NCBI GenBank assembly: GCA_965262865.1
Contig: CBDHFZ010000003.1
Location: forward strand, 214,566 to 278,565
Length of the DNA stretch: 64,000 nt
DNA from: Dehalococcoidia bacterium
GTDB taxonomy: Bacteria > Chloroflexota > Dehalococcoidia > Lucifugimonadales > UBA3495
Direction: 5' to 3'
Below, one piece after another: positions 38,970-48,551 of this stretch. The notes under the pieces were generated by a model. It worked only from the letters and a program-made list of their open reading frames with translations. It made no database searches and had not been told where the DNA came from. Every line of letters starts with the position of its first letter. The stretch's first letter is position 1. The position numbers were made by a program, and so were the translations under genes.

Positions 38970-40477
38970 GCCGCTCTCCCCGACAGCAAGGTCATGTAGT
39001 CCCCGGCGGACGTGGCGCTCACCCGGACTCGTGGCAGGTAGGGATACAGCTCCAGGTCCAGCCGGGGCGGCCGCCCCTCCAGCCGGCACAGCACCAGGTG
39101 TTTCACGGCGTCGAAGCTGAGGGCCCCCAGCCGGAGGGCGTCCTTTGCCGCTACAGCCACCTCCTGCTGGGAGAAGGTCTCCAGCAGACGGAGCACCTGC
39201 ACGTATTCCCGCTTACCCCGCCGTCCCATGCGGGACTCCAGAAGCCGGCGCAGCGCGCCGAACTCCTCGGGTAGAGCCCAGCCCTGTAGCGGAGCGGCCT
39301 GATCCAAGGCTCCCGACTTACGCTCCAAGAGCGGCAGGTAGTGGATCGGGTCGTAGACAAAATCGTCCCGCTCATAGGAACGGATGTGTCTGGCGATGAC
39401 CTCGGACCCGCAGCCGATGACCACCTCATCAACGTAGCCCCGAACCAGCACGTCCCGGTATCCGTAGGCCACCGGCACCGAGTAGTCGTTGGTCCTGTAC
39501 CGGACCAAGGACAGCGAACTCACCCGGCCCGCCTGCTTCTCGCAGGCGTCGTAGGCTGCTGGCGGCAGGGGCAGCAGGGCGTCCAGGTCCCGCTCCATCC
39601 GTTGACCGATGGTCTCCATATGTCCCCTGAGCTTGCGGTCCGTTCGTTCCAGGCAACGCCGCTCCAGGTAGGCATTGAGCGCATCGAAGCTCTCGAAGGA
39701 CGGCACCGGAACCAGGAAGTTGCGGCGCACGTACCCCACCAGGCCCTCCACTTTGCCTTTGTCGTTGCCCTTGCCGGGACGCCCGAACCGGTCCTCGAAC
39801 AGGTAGTGGGACTGCAGCTCGGTGAAGGCGCGGGTGCGCTGGCGACGGCCGTCCCCCAGTATCTTCGCTACGGCCAGCCTGGTATTGTCGTAGAGGATGC
39901 TCTGGGGCACTCCGCCCAGGTAGGCGAAGGCGGAAACGTGCCCGTCCAGGAAGGCCTCGGTGGTCTCCGCCGGGTAGGCCTTCACGAAGCAGCCGTCGCT
40001 GTGGGGCAGGTCGATGACGAAGCAGTGGGCCTTGCGCTCCACGCCGCCGATGACCACCAGGGCCTCGCCGAAGTCGCACTGGGCGTGGCCCGGCGCATGG
40101 GACAGAGGGACGAACATCTCCTTGGTCTGACGGCGATTCTCTCTTACATAGTCCTTGACTGTGGTGTATCCACCGTCGAACCCGTACTCGTCCCTGAGCC
40201 GCTCGAAGATGCGCTTGGCCGTGTGGCGCTGCTTCCTGGGACGCCTGAGATCGTCCTCCAGGATCCGGTCGATGACGCCGGTGAAGGACTCCAACTTGGG
40301 CTTTCTAGGCGGAGACTGCCGACGATAACCCGGCGGGACCGAATAGGCCAGCATTTTGTGCACGGTGTCCCGGTGCAAGCCAAACGGCCGCGCCGTCTCC
40401 CGCATGCTCATCCCATCCACCATCACCGCCCTTCGGACCCGTAGATATACGTCCACGCTGTACATCCGTCGCACCAT
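38966..40477 (-). CDS. istA: IS21-family transposase IstA
   Basis: 503 aa with an N-terminal HTH (YLRVRRAVMVDGMSMRETARPFGLHRDTVHKML) and an rve/DDE core (CDFGEALVVIGGVERKAHCFVIDLPHSDGCFVKAYP...LYDNTRLAV). Confidence 0.9.
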   Translation of the reverse strand: MVRRMYSVDVYLRVRRAVMVDGMSMRETARPFGLHRDTVHKMLAYSVPPGYRRQSPPRKPKLESFTGVIDRILEDDLRRPRKQRHTAKRIFERLRDEYGFDGGYTTVKDYVRENRRQTKEMFVPLSHAPGHAQCDFGEALVVIGGVERKAHCFVIDLPHSDGCFVKAYPAETTEAFLDGHVSAFAYLGGVPQSILYDNTRLAVAKILGDGRRQRTRAFTELQSHYLFEDRFGRPGKGNDKGKVEGLVGYVRRNFLVPVPSFESFDALNAYLERRCLERTDRKLRGHMETIGQRMERDLDALLPLPPAAYDACEKQAGRVSSLSLVRYRTNDYSVPVAYGYRDVLVRGYVDEVVIGCGSEVIARHIRSYERDDFVYDPIHYLPLLERKSGALDQAAPLQGWALPEEFGALRRLLESRMGRRGKREYVQVLRLLETFSQQEVAVAAKDALRLGALSFDAVKHLVLCRLEGRPPRLDLELYPYLPRVRVSATSAGDYMTLLSGRAA

Positions 40478-40938
40478 CCATGGGGTCGGCTACAACCCTA
40501 TGAATGATGGCAGGCGGTACAGTATTTAGTCGCCGATACTCAGCAATCCTCCGCCCACGCGGCCCACTTTATCTCCGCCGTTTACACTCACGACCCTGGC
40601 CACTGCTTGGTTACGCACAGGTTGTCCCAACCAAGGTCAGTGTCCCGCATCGGCCGGCTTCACATCTTGTTCCAAGTCTCGGCCGAATGCCTGTCCCAAT
40701 AGAAACCAAGTGGTGGGCTTACGACTGTCACCCTTCCGCTGAATCATTCCTTGGGGCCAGGAACTTACCCAAGGGAACTGTGGAGACGAGGACGTGAAGT
40801 TATGAATTAAGTCTGCTTAGGTCGAAAACAGTCGGCCTACACGTACTGAATTGCGAACTTTCGGTGGGAGGTCCCGATATGAGGAGTCTGGCTTGGTGCG
40901 ACTACGCCAGCTACGACGGTTACTGAAAAGCACGCTCC

Positions 40939-41091
40939 CTAGAATTACAACGACGGATTGTTCGGCAAGGAGATTTTTGTAGTGAAATTCAACTTAGCGA
41001 CAAGCTGCCGAAAGCTTCCCACGGTAGGTGGCTTCGAATCAGGCAAGAAGCTTCAGCCGCATTCTTCTTCAAACTGTCGTTGTAATACTAA
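40939..41091. repeat. 153-bp MITE-like element, copy B (TIRs CTAGAATTACAACGACG / CTGTCGTTGTAATACTA)
   Basis: Same TIR family and length as 34110-34261, with a divergent interior. Its right arm supplies the last ~13 codons and the stop of gene 41053..42165. Confidence 0.6.
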
Positions 41092-42165
41092 CTGGCTGCA
41101 GCGGCTGCAGACTTTTCTTATCAGTTCATCTAAAACTCCATGGAGACGGAAATCCACCTCAATACTGACCACTGGCCCTTTGACCAATTCTTGAACTAGA
41201 GCGTCGAGTTGCGATAGCGCATTAGAATACATGGCACCCCGCGCACTAGTGAACTGACAGGATACCGCAGCCAGTGCCTGCCCAAGTTGAAGTGCCCTTT
41301 CTAGGCCAGCCTCCCGTGTGCCCCAGAACGATCTAGCTCCATACCTGCCTAGCGAGTGGATTATCCCAGACGTGCACCAATCGCCAGCGCCAGCTTCGTC
41401 GGCAATGTTATTTACTTTGAAGGCGGACATATATTTCCATGGTCCGATGCCTTTGTCACTCTGACGACGACGGTATCTAAGACCAGCTCGACCAATTGTC
41501 TGTACCTCAAGAGGAACCACAATATCCTTGAGTAACTCTGATGTATCTGAGAATCTTTCATGTGAATACTTCAAGACATGGCTAAGTTTCGTGGCCTCAA
41601 TGAACAGCTTTATCTCTCCGACTCCAGAAGGCTCGAAAACTATTAGTGCACCTTGCTTTCGATACGTTCTAGCAAGCTGCAGGGTACCTCGGGACGTGCG
41701 ATCGAAGTAAAAGACTTCAGGGCGACTAAGCTCTGCCAGTACCTGTTTAGTCATTTCTCCAGAAATGGCTCTATACCTAAGCAGATAATTCCCACAATGT
41801 GGGCAATGAAGTCTATACGAGTGTCTGCGGTGTCCATTCTTGGAAATTCTGATTCCTTCGATTATTGAGGGAGTGCTCCCTAATGATTCCTGCCTGACAA
41901 ACCTAGTGTCGACTCCATACCCAGCTAAATCCGATAGTACGATTCCCGCTGCGCTGTCTTGTCCTAGTCTGGCAACCGGATAAGAATTCCAACCGAGGTA
42001 TGCAAGTATGGCCATGACGTTGCCGCAAGACCCGCCAGCTCTGACAATGTATTGGTCTGGAACATCTGCTTCGACAACGATATCCAAGGTCACCAAGCCA
42101 GAGCCAATGCACGCCGCCTGCCGCTGCAGGGGAGTTATGAACTTACTACCGGACATATGGCTCAC
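41053..42165 (-). CDS. PfkB/ribokinase-family kinase with an inserted CxxC/His-rich segment
   Basis: AGGSCGNVMAILAYLG (PfkB motif 1-like GG...N...LG) and NIADEAGAGDWCTSGIIH (DxxGAGD motif 2). Insert is HRRHSYRLHCPHCGNYL. The start overlaps the upstream gene. Confidence 0.75.
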   Translation of the reverse strand: MSHMSGSKFITPLQRQAACIGSGLVTLDIVVEADVPDQYIVRAGGSCGNVMAILAYLGWNSYPVARLGQDSAAGIVLSDLAGYGVDTRFVRQESLGSTPSIIEGIRISKNGHRRHSYRLHCPHCGNYLLRYRAISGEMTKQVLAELSRPEVFYFDRTSRGTLQLARTYRKQGALIVFEPSGVGEIKLFIEATKLSHVLKYSHERFSDTSELLKDIVVPLEVQTIGRAGLRYRRRQSDKGIGPWKYMSAFKVNNIADEAGAGDWCTSGIIHSLGRYGARSFWGTREAGLERALQLGQALAAVSCQFTSARGAMYSNALSQLDALVQELVKGPVVSIEVDFRLHGVLDELIRKVCSRCSQLVLQRQFEEECG

Positions 42166-43282
42166 CAGCTACCCAGACTTCAAATAGGTCGTCAGAAACT
42201 GTCTCGGGGGTGTTAGCGGCGATCTCATATCCTTCTGACTCTACATGAGCTATACCTACGCTATACCCTATTCGCTTTAATTCGTAAGCAGCCAACAGTC
42301 CACCAAGAGACAGGAGTTTGCTAGACAGCGTCGATATCACCACTTTGCATCCACCCAGCGGCGCAAGCGCATCGGCATAATGCCTGACCGCGGAGACAAT
42401 CTCTCGATAGACGCCGAAGGGGTTCTGTTCAGGGACATACATGAAATTGGCCGGCTCTACGCGAAGTCGGTCAAACAGGTATGATCTATACTCAAGAAGC
42501 AAGTCATCTGTCCGTCTTGGATTTGCGCAAGGGAACGGGAACACAGGTACAATTTCATCCGGCGTAACAAGGTCGTATATACGCTCGAAGTGGGGGGTCT
42601 TACCTTCTCCTAATATTGGCATCCACACCTTAGGAACGTCTGCGGTGGATTCTTGCTCAATACCACTCTCGAACCCATGCAAGTATGTAGCATCATCACT
42701 AAGGCCTTTATCTGTGATTGCTCGGTCAAGTAGAGGGTCATTGCTTGTCAATACGTGCAGGTTTACGTTACTAGTTTCGGCCATCATATCAATCAAATAA
42801 AGTAGCTTCGCAAGCATAGGCATGTATATGGATCGAGGTAAAGCGTTGATGTCCAATAGAATGTCTGTGAATTCTGCAATGTCGTTGATAGATTCAAAGA
42901 CCTCTGCAGCACGGCGGGACCCAACACGTCGTCTACCGTCGGCGGACAACATATCTATCCGTCGTTTCACAATCTGACCGGGTCTATTAAAGAGAGCACC
43001 TAAAGTATCCGCATTGGAAGCGGCCAGATCATCATGCACTCTAGAAGGCGACGTGGATCCCTCGTCGTACTCTACTACCAGGCAGCGTCTGATTCCTTCC
43101 CCTTCAAGACCCATGATGGCCTTTGCAGCTGCGAACATGCGGGGATCAAACCCTGAACCGACTACGAACAACAGGTCTCGCTTTCGTGAGTGTATGAGAG
43201 AATTCCAGAATGGGACAAACTCGGAGCTCCCCCTGAGTGTGTATCCTAGCCAGCGGTCTGGTCTACCCAATTCCGCATTCAA
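42146..43282 (-). CDS. Hypothetical protein, no family recognised (378 aa)
   Basis: Open frame with TTG start overlapping the upstream stop (TTGA). It has Rossmann-like beginnings (RDLLFVVGSGFDPRMFAAAKAI) and GCKVVISTLSSKLLSLGGLLAAYEL near the C-terminus. I cannot assign it. Confidence 0.6.
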   Translation of the reverse strand: MNAELGRPDRWLGYTLRGSSEFVPFWNSLIHSRKRDLLFVVGSGFDPRMFAAAKAIMGLEGEGIRRCLVVEYDEGSTSPSRVHDDLAASNADTLGALFNRPGQIVKRRIDMLSADGRRRVGSRRAAEVFESINDIAEFTDILLDINALPRSIYMPMLAKLLYLIDMMAETSNVNLHVLTSNDPLLDRAITDKGLSDDATYLHGFESGIEQESTADVPKVWMPILGEGKTPHFERIYDLVTPDEIVPVFPFPCANPRRTDDLLLEYRSYLFDRLRVEPANFMYVPEQNPFGVYREIVSAVRHYADALAPLGGCKVVISTLSSKLLSLGGLLAAYELKRIGYSVGIAHVESEGYEIAANTPETVSDDLFEVWVAGEPYVR

Positions 43283-45207
43283 AGCAGTCGTTCTCCGTCA
43301 CTCGCATATTCGCTGCCCGTCTCCAGTGCCCAAAGCGCCAATTCATTAGGCCTTCTTGCGCGCCATCCACCGTACTGCAAAGGAAGATCAAAGTAACAGC
43401 AAAGAAACCGATTCAGATAGAGAACCATGCGTCTGTTATATCCCTGGGAATGGTCCAATACCGCCTCCAACAGATTCTGAGCAAGGCAAATTCCAATGAC
43501 TCTCGAAAGTGTTCTGAGATCAGGTCGGTTGGCAAGATACTTGTCGTCTCGCAGTTGGTTTCTTTCTGCCATAGTAATCGAAACGCCAGTTACTCCTGGT
43601 GCATACGGCGCGTTAGGTTGATAAGTTTCTCGTTTCGCAAACCGGCCGACCGCTTCTACGAACCGACGCACTTCAGTTTGCAACGGTACGCCTCTTAACA
43701 CATCCTCGCCCCACCACTGTCTAGCTGCTCTCTTTAAAATCGCGTGTTGCCTTTCGACCGTCAAAGAGGACGGCTTTCCTAATAAGGATGCTGAGCTGGC
43801 TTCTTCAAAAAGTTCTCCGGCGATGGCGAGAAACAATTCTATGTTCCAAGATGCTAACGATGCCAACTTCCCAACTCCAAAATAGTAAGGAATTTGGAAG
43901 CGACTCGCCAGGAAGAGTTCAGCAGCAGCCTTTACGGCTGAGTTATCCTTTTTCCTCAGGTCGTCACGTGACAAAGGGAGATCGAATGAAAGTTGACGAT
44001 TTCGATTTTCCCTAGCAATAAGAATGTCTAGGGCCTGCCAGGCGACCCCGCGCTCATAAGTCGTACCTTCTCTAGATTCCGCTTCAGCAAGCCAATATTG
44101 GAATCTATCTTTCTCACTCCAGCTGGCTTTCACTTCTTCTCTGGTCTTGGCACTTGCCTCCTCCAACGTGGCCGTCATTTCTGGAGTCTCAAGAGTGTTC
44201 GGCACACAACTTCCGAATGAGTCAATTCCATCCTGTTGGGCTTCACGTACTCTCTTGTCGGCGATGGCCAAAACAGTCCGCTGAAAGCGCATTGGATGGT
44301 CGCGCCAATATTTTTCTAACGTGACTGCGTTTTCACTGTAGTCCCTGTCGCGCCTTGCGCCGATATCCAGCAACTCATCGGATCGCAGAGCCTCGAGCCG
44401 TTCAGCAAGCCATACGGCTGGTCCATCCCTGATTTCATTCAAGGCCTTCCCAAGGCTTAAGCGCTGTGAGGGTGCAAGTTTGTGTACGTCGTCCAACATT
44501 ACCAATAGCCTCGAGGCGACTGGGACATCGTCCACCAACACATGCGCAGGCTTTAGCAGTCTGAGACTTGACAAATCGGAGTGCCCGACTGAATCGAGGG
44601 GCTGAGGATCAAGGCTATCCAGGGTTCTCGAAATCGCGGTCTCTATGCCACTTGCCCATTCAAACAGCCCACGTCCATCGCTACGATGCGGTACACCCAA
44701 TCCACGACATACGTCCACGTCCCCTCTTATTGTGAGCCTGTGAAGGTTGGCTGGGTATTCAAGACTCCGGAGTTGCAGAGCAGCCCGCATGGTGGACAAC
44801 ACAATTCGACAATTCAGAAATGCAAAAAAGAGCCGCTCTCTGTAGCGGTCATCCCAAGGCAAGTCATCCAGAGTGGCGTAGTTCTTCCCGCATGAAAGCA
44901 TGATCCCGAGCAATTGTGGACCGTTTTCATCTACGGCGCCGATATCTTTCATCTGTGCATATAATTCTCTATACTCCTCCTGTCTTGCATTTGCGTAAAG
45001 ATTAATCATGCTGGCCGGCGTAAAAGCCCGCATGATGGAGGTCTTGCCGCCTCCCGGGGCACTTCGTATTATAAACAGCCGCGAAAATGGCTCTTTCTCG
45101 GGTATCAATTCAAGCACACCTGGACCAAACAAACGCAGGAACGTTGTGTCCGACGCTATATGCTCAGACGCCCGCATGCGAAAGGGGTTGCGCGGATCAC
45201 GCATCAT
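43279..45207 (-). CDS. STAND/AAA-like P-loop NTPase with large helical C-terminal region (642 aa)
   Basis: Walker A FIIRSAPGGGKTSIMRAF and Walker B RLLVMLDDVHKL. An N-terminal NPF...F segment precedes the P-loop. SD GGGAGG lies just upstream. ATGATG overlaps the upstream stop. Confidence 0.75.
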   Translation of the reverse strand: MMRDPRNPFRMRASEHIASDTTFLRLFGPGVLELIPEKEPFSRLFIIRSAPGGGKTSIMRAFTPASMINLYANARQEEYRELYAQMKDIGAVDENGPQLLGIMLSCGKNYATLDDLPWDDRYRERLFFAFLNCRIVLSTMRAALQLRSLEYPANLHRLTIRGDVDVCRGLGVPHRSDGRGLFEWASGIETAISRTLDSLDPQPLDSVGHSDLSSLRLLKPAHVLVDDVPVASRLLVMLDDVHKLAPSQRLSLGKALNEIRDGPAVWLAERLEALRSDELLDIGARRDRDYSENAVTLEKYWRDHPMRFQRTVLAIADKRVREAQQDGIDSFGSCVPNTLETPEMTATLEEASAKTREEVKASWSEKDRFQYWLAEAESREGTTYERGVAWQALDILIARENRNRQLSFDLPLSRDDLRKKDNSAVKAAAELFLASRFQIPYYFGVGKLASLASWNIELFLAIAGELFEEASSASLLGKPSSLTVERQHAILKRAARQWWGEDVLRGVPLQTEVRRFVEAVGRFAKRETYQPNAPYAPGVTGVSITMAERNQLRDDKYLANRPDLRTLSRVIGICLAQNLLEAVLDHSQGYNRRMVLYLNRFLCCYFDLPLQYGGWRARRPNELALWALETGSEYASDGERLL

Positions 45208-46283
45208 TCCTCCCTATGGCGACTCACTCTTGGGAATAAGGCTTTGGTTTTGAGCCCGGTCTTATCCGCCCACAGCAGATAGACGGAATTGTTGGGTGTG
45301 TTGTGCGTTAGAACGAGAGGAAGCGAACCCGCCCCATATCCGTGGATGACGTCGGGCCCACCTTTCAACAGGTGCCTGTCCATGATGGAATTGTCATAGT
45401 ATTTGTAGAGAAGCGCATCAAACTCGGGTGCGTTTTCCGCCGTAACCAAGGTGTCACCGCCCAAGACATGAACAGGCAACAGTGAACATTTGGGCCAGTC
45501 ACCTCGCCAACGGTTCGCAAGTCGCTGATTCAATGCTTCCATCGCCCTAGATGTGCACATGTAAAGCACGACGTAAACTGAAAGGGAACCCACATCCAGT
45601 AATTCTGTACGCTCGTTCCTTTCCAACAACGTCGACAGGCACCGTACCGTCTTACCCTTTAATTCGCCGTCCTCCTCTCGCAGTAAAGAATCACCACTCC
45701 CTGAAAAGTCGTCTATCAGGAATAGATTCTCGAACCTTGCCTTTGGCGAACCCAGCTCATCTCTCAACTCTTTCACCATGTCCAATGCCTTCTCATCAGA
45801 CAGCTGGTAAGTTGCATGCACCTGCTCGTTGCTCAATTCGGCCTTTCGCCGTAGTACATCCACTCTTGCTCCATCGCTCAAGCCCAAGAACAGCGACTTC
45901 CGCTCCAGTTTCTTGAATTGATCGGACCCAAGTAGCTTGGCGACCGCATATTCGGGCACATCGGTATCTGCTGCCGCCTTCTGGAGCAAGATATGACGAA
46001 TGTAGTCAGGATACGTAAGTCCCACCAGATGTCGCATCTCCGCTTCAGAGACAAACAGTATTTTATTGGTTACAAAGTCGTAAGCTATTGGCCGCTCCGC
46101 CTCGTCAAAATTACTTAGCCAGATGGCCAGGCTCTCGATAAAGTGCATTCCAGGAGAAAACTGTTCATATTCGTCATACTTGTAGCTTGCGAGGGCTTGT
46201 AGTATGGGCCTCTCTCTGGCCACATCGGCAGGAGACCAATGCATAACTTCGGCGAGGAGCCGTTCCGCGAGGCCCTCCCTCAC
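45204..46283 (-). CDS. Phosphoribosyltransferase (PRTase)-like protein
   Basis: ENLFLIDDFSGSGDSL resembles the PRPP-binding loop (hydrophobic strand-DD-xxx-SG-x-S/T). The N-terminal ~170 aa are unassigned. GTG start overlaps the upstream stop (GTGA). Confidence 0.6.
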   Translation of the reverse strand: MREGLAERLLAEVMHWSPADVARERPILQALASYKYDEYEQFSPGMHFIESLAIWLSNFDEAERPIAYDFVTNKILFVSEAEMRHLVGLTYPDYIRHILLQKAAADTDVPEYAVAKLLGSDQFKKLERKSLFLGLSDGARVDVLRRKAELSNEQVHATYQLSDEKALDMVKELRDELGSPKARFENLFLIDDFSGSGDSLLREEDGELKGKTVRCLSTLLERNERTELLDVGSLSVYVVLYMCTSRAMEALNQRLANRWRGDWPKCSLLPVHVLGGDTLVTAENAPEFDALLYKYYDNSIMDRHLLKGGPDVIHGYGAGSLPLVLTHNTPNNSVYLLWADKTGLKTKALFPRVSRHREE

Positions 46284-48235
46284 AGAATTTCTCCAACTAG
46301 GGAACTCGTGTCGATGCGGAATTCTCCACCCTCGAAGCGCATTGCCTGAATGTAGTCAAGGGTTGCGCTGGGACCGCGGTGCCCAGATGATGCGAGATTC
46401 CAAGCCCATAGGGTGTTCTTTGGGCAATCAGCAACACTCAGGCTGTAGGGGTTGGAGAGTAGCGCGAAATCATTCCCTGTGCGATCGCCTTTGTCACCAA
46501 TCCGAAGGACCTGACCATCTAACCGGTCACGTCGAACCACTTCAAGACATGCCTCAACCACAGAATGTTTAGAGACATCAGCTCTCAAGATATCAATCGC
46601 ATGCGATGAGCGCATCACTGAGACGTCAGGGATGTCGGCGTCCGTCACGATTTCGGAAACGAGCTCTTGAACCAATTCGAGTGGCACGTGAGCCTCTGGC
46701 ATCAACGTAAGTTGCTCCACCCTCACCTCGAAGCTGGCAAGAGACGGAAGCAGCGGATGATTTTGAATCAAGGCAACAAGATCTTCTAGTTGTCGGGAAG
46801 TATCTCCTGCTTGTGCAGGTGGTCCTGCATCGAGCCGACGAACTTGAGCTCCGTTGTAGTATCCGACAATAATCTTGTGATGCAGGGCGACGTCCAGGCT
46901 TTCCCGAAGAGCCACTCCAACAGAGCGACCTCGGCCACTCGCAATGCCAAGTGCTATCCCACGGCTCACTATGTCAGAAAGTGCGTTGGCAATAGACTGA
47001 GGTAGTGGGCCAAACCGATCCTCAATGGGACAAAGGGTTTCGTCGTAGTCAAAGACTATTCCCTGGTATTTGGTAGCACCTAGAGTTTCCAAATAGCTAT
47101 GGAGGTTCAACTTTACGGCAGCAATAGCAGGGGGTGAGAAGGATCTGGGATCACTCCCTAGCTTGCGGCTCAACAAAGTGTCCGCATCAGGCTTGCGACT
47201 TGGTCCTTCAGGGGCCTTCACACGCATGTGATAAAGTTTCCGGCCGTACGCAGGCACCATTGGACGCCCGGGATCTACATCCTCAAGTGAAGCTATCTGC
47301 CCAATCAGAGTCATGCCGTTTGTCACAAGCTCTATCGCGGCTAGCGGTCCTTCATGTTCAGCTTCGACGCGAATGACCTCCACCTCAGGTGGAAGGAGTC
47401 TTAGGGTATCGTCAAAAAGCTTGGCCCAACGAGGCGTAACGAGGGCAACTATTGTGGTGGACGGACCACGCCTGGACAGCCAGTGGTGTCTTCCATGGGC
47501 AAAGTTCCTTAAGTCAGAATGATGCACATCGGCTAGACCCGATTCGACGAGCTTTGATTCTATGTCATTGGCCGCGACCTTACCCCAACCGGCATAGAGG
47601 ATTGAATATGTTGTCCGGTGCGAAGTGACCTGCAACGTTGAAGGCATAGATAAAGCCGGCAACAAGCTGGGCAATTCAGGAGCATTACCTGAATAGGCAC
47701 GGTAAAGAAGAACCATGGAAGCCAAGAGAGAATTGGTGGCCAAGAAGCCGTCCTTAGCGACCGGCGGAGCGAAGTTAACGATTTCGCTCATTCCGTAATT
47801 TCCCGGTCGCCTGATAAGGCTGGACTCTTTGGCAAAGGTTAGGACAACTACTCTCTTTGGCTCGCCGCGGGTTGCCCAATCAAATGCCTGGGCAATGTCC
47901 GGGTTGGCACCTCGTGCGGTAACAAGGCCTAGAGCGTAAGGTCTGACGGTGGAGCCAGCTAGCAACTCAAGTGGAGTTCCGTACTTTGAAGGGCTCCCCG
48001 TCGAAAATTCATGGAGCATCGCCCAGTAGGACGCAGCAGTTAATGAGCCACCCGATCCAATGGAGAATAAGGGGTATTGCCTTATTGCCTCAATCGCATT
48101 CGCAAACTCATCAATAGGGCAATTAGTTGCCCAATCATATGTCAGGGCCAGTTCTTCTAACTCTTTGGCGTATCGCCTGCCCACTATCCTTGCCCTCCAT
48201 TCACGGGGGTTCCCAAGCTGAATTGTGCCCGTCAC
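46280..48235 (-). CDS. SIS (sugar-phosphate isomerase/binding) domain(s) fused to a HAD-superfamily phosphatase domain (651 aa)
   Basis: N-terminal half is FSIGSGGSLTAASYWAMLHE (SIS GxGxS loop), with a second SIS-like repeat (ILYAGWGKVAANDIESKL). C-terminal half is GIVFDYDETLC (DxDxT), GIASGRGRS and RIGDKGDRTGNDFALL (GDxxxxND), the HAD motifs I-IV. Confidence 0.75.
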   Translation of the reverse strand: MTGTIQLGNPREWRARIVGRRYAKELEELALTYDWATNCPIDEFANAIEAIRQYPLFSIGSGGSLTAASYWAMLHEFSTGSPSKYGTPLELLAGSTVRPYALGLVTARGANPDIAQAFDWATRGEPKRVVVLTFAKESSLIRRPGNYGMSEIVNFAPPVAKDGFLATNSLLASMVLLYRAYSGNAPELPSLLPALSMPSTLQVTSHRTTYSILYAGWGKVAANDIESKLVESGLADVHHSDLRNFAHGRHHWLSRRGPSTTIVALVTPRWAKLFDDTLRLLPPEVEVIRVEAEHEGPLAAIELVTNGMTLIGQIASLEDVDPGRPMVPAYGRKLYHMRVKAPEGPSRKPDADTLLSRKLGSDPRSFSPPAIAAVKLNLHSYLETLGATKYQGIVFDYDETLCPIEDRFGPLPQSIANALSDIVSRGIALGIASGRGRSVGVALRESLDVALHHKIIVGYYNGAQVRRLDAGPPAQAGDTSRQLEDLVALIQNHPLLPSLASFEVRVEQLTLMPEAHVPLELVQELVSEIVTDADIPDVSVMRSSHAIDILRADVSKHSVVEACLEVVRRDRLDGQVLRIGDKGDRTGNDFALLSNPYSLSVADCPKNTLWAWNLASSGHRGPSATLDYIQAMRFEGGEFRIDTSSLVGEIL

Positions 48236-48277
48236 GCACCCGTGAATCGCACGACTTCCATAGAGGTGAAATATATT

Positions 48278-48499
48278 TCAACGAAGAAGCTTTTCCCTTA
48301 TCTCGACTATCGCAAGACGCTCTACAACTTGTAAACGTCTTATCTCATCCAGCCGTTCTAGTGCCCCTTTCTCTTCGAATAGGTGATACCCCCCTGCTGT
48401 GTAATCGGTGGGCGACAAAAGACCCTCCTTGACATAGAATCTCACCTTTGAAGGTAGTATGTCGGCCAACTTCGCGAGTTGCCCTGTTTTGATCAACAT
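48278..48499 (-). CDS. MerR-family transcriptional regulator (short, 73 aa)
   Basis: MLIKTGQLAKLADILPSKVRFYVKEGLLSPTDYTAGGYHLFEE is a MerR-type HTH plus wing. It is the first gene of the minus-strand cluster. Confidence 0.75.
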   Translation of the reverse strand: MLIKTGQLAKLADILPSKVRFYVKEGLLSPTDYTAGGYHLFEEKGALERLDEIRRLQVVERLAIVEIREKLLR

Positions 48500-48536
48500 C
48501 TATTCGCCCTGAATTGAGGAACAGGAAGTTCAACCG

Positions 48537-48551
48537 TAAAGTGGCACTTTA
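48537..48551. promoter_or_regulatory. Perfect 15-bp palindrome TAAAGTG-G-CACTTTA upstream of the MerR gene (candidate operator)
   Basis: Read directly, 38-52 nt upstream of start codon 48499. A second palindrome, TGAAATATATTTCA (48267-48280), overlaps the merR stop before the next gene. Confidence 0.4.

Larger units (their letters stand above)
38438..40586 (-). mobile_element. IS21-family element, 3'-truncated exactly at the IS630 terminal repeat
   Basis: Left end TGTAAACGGCGGAGATAAAGTGGGCC (reverse complement, outer end at 40586). istA and istB overlap (ATGA). istB is cut at ...IIDELGFVPLS, where the IS630 TIR begins. Confidence 0.85.
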
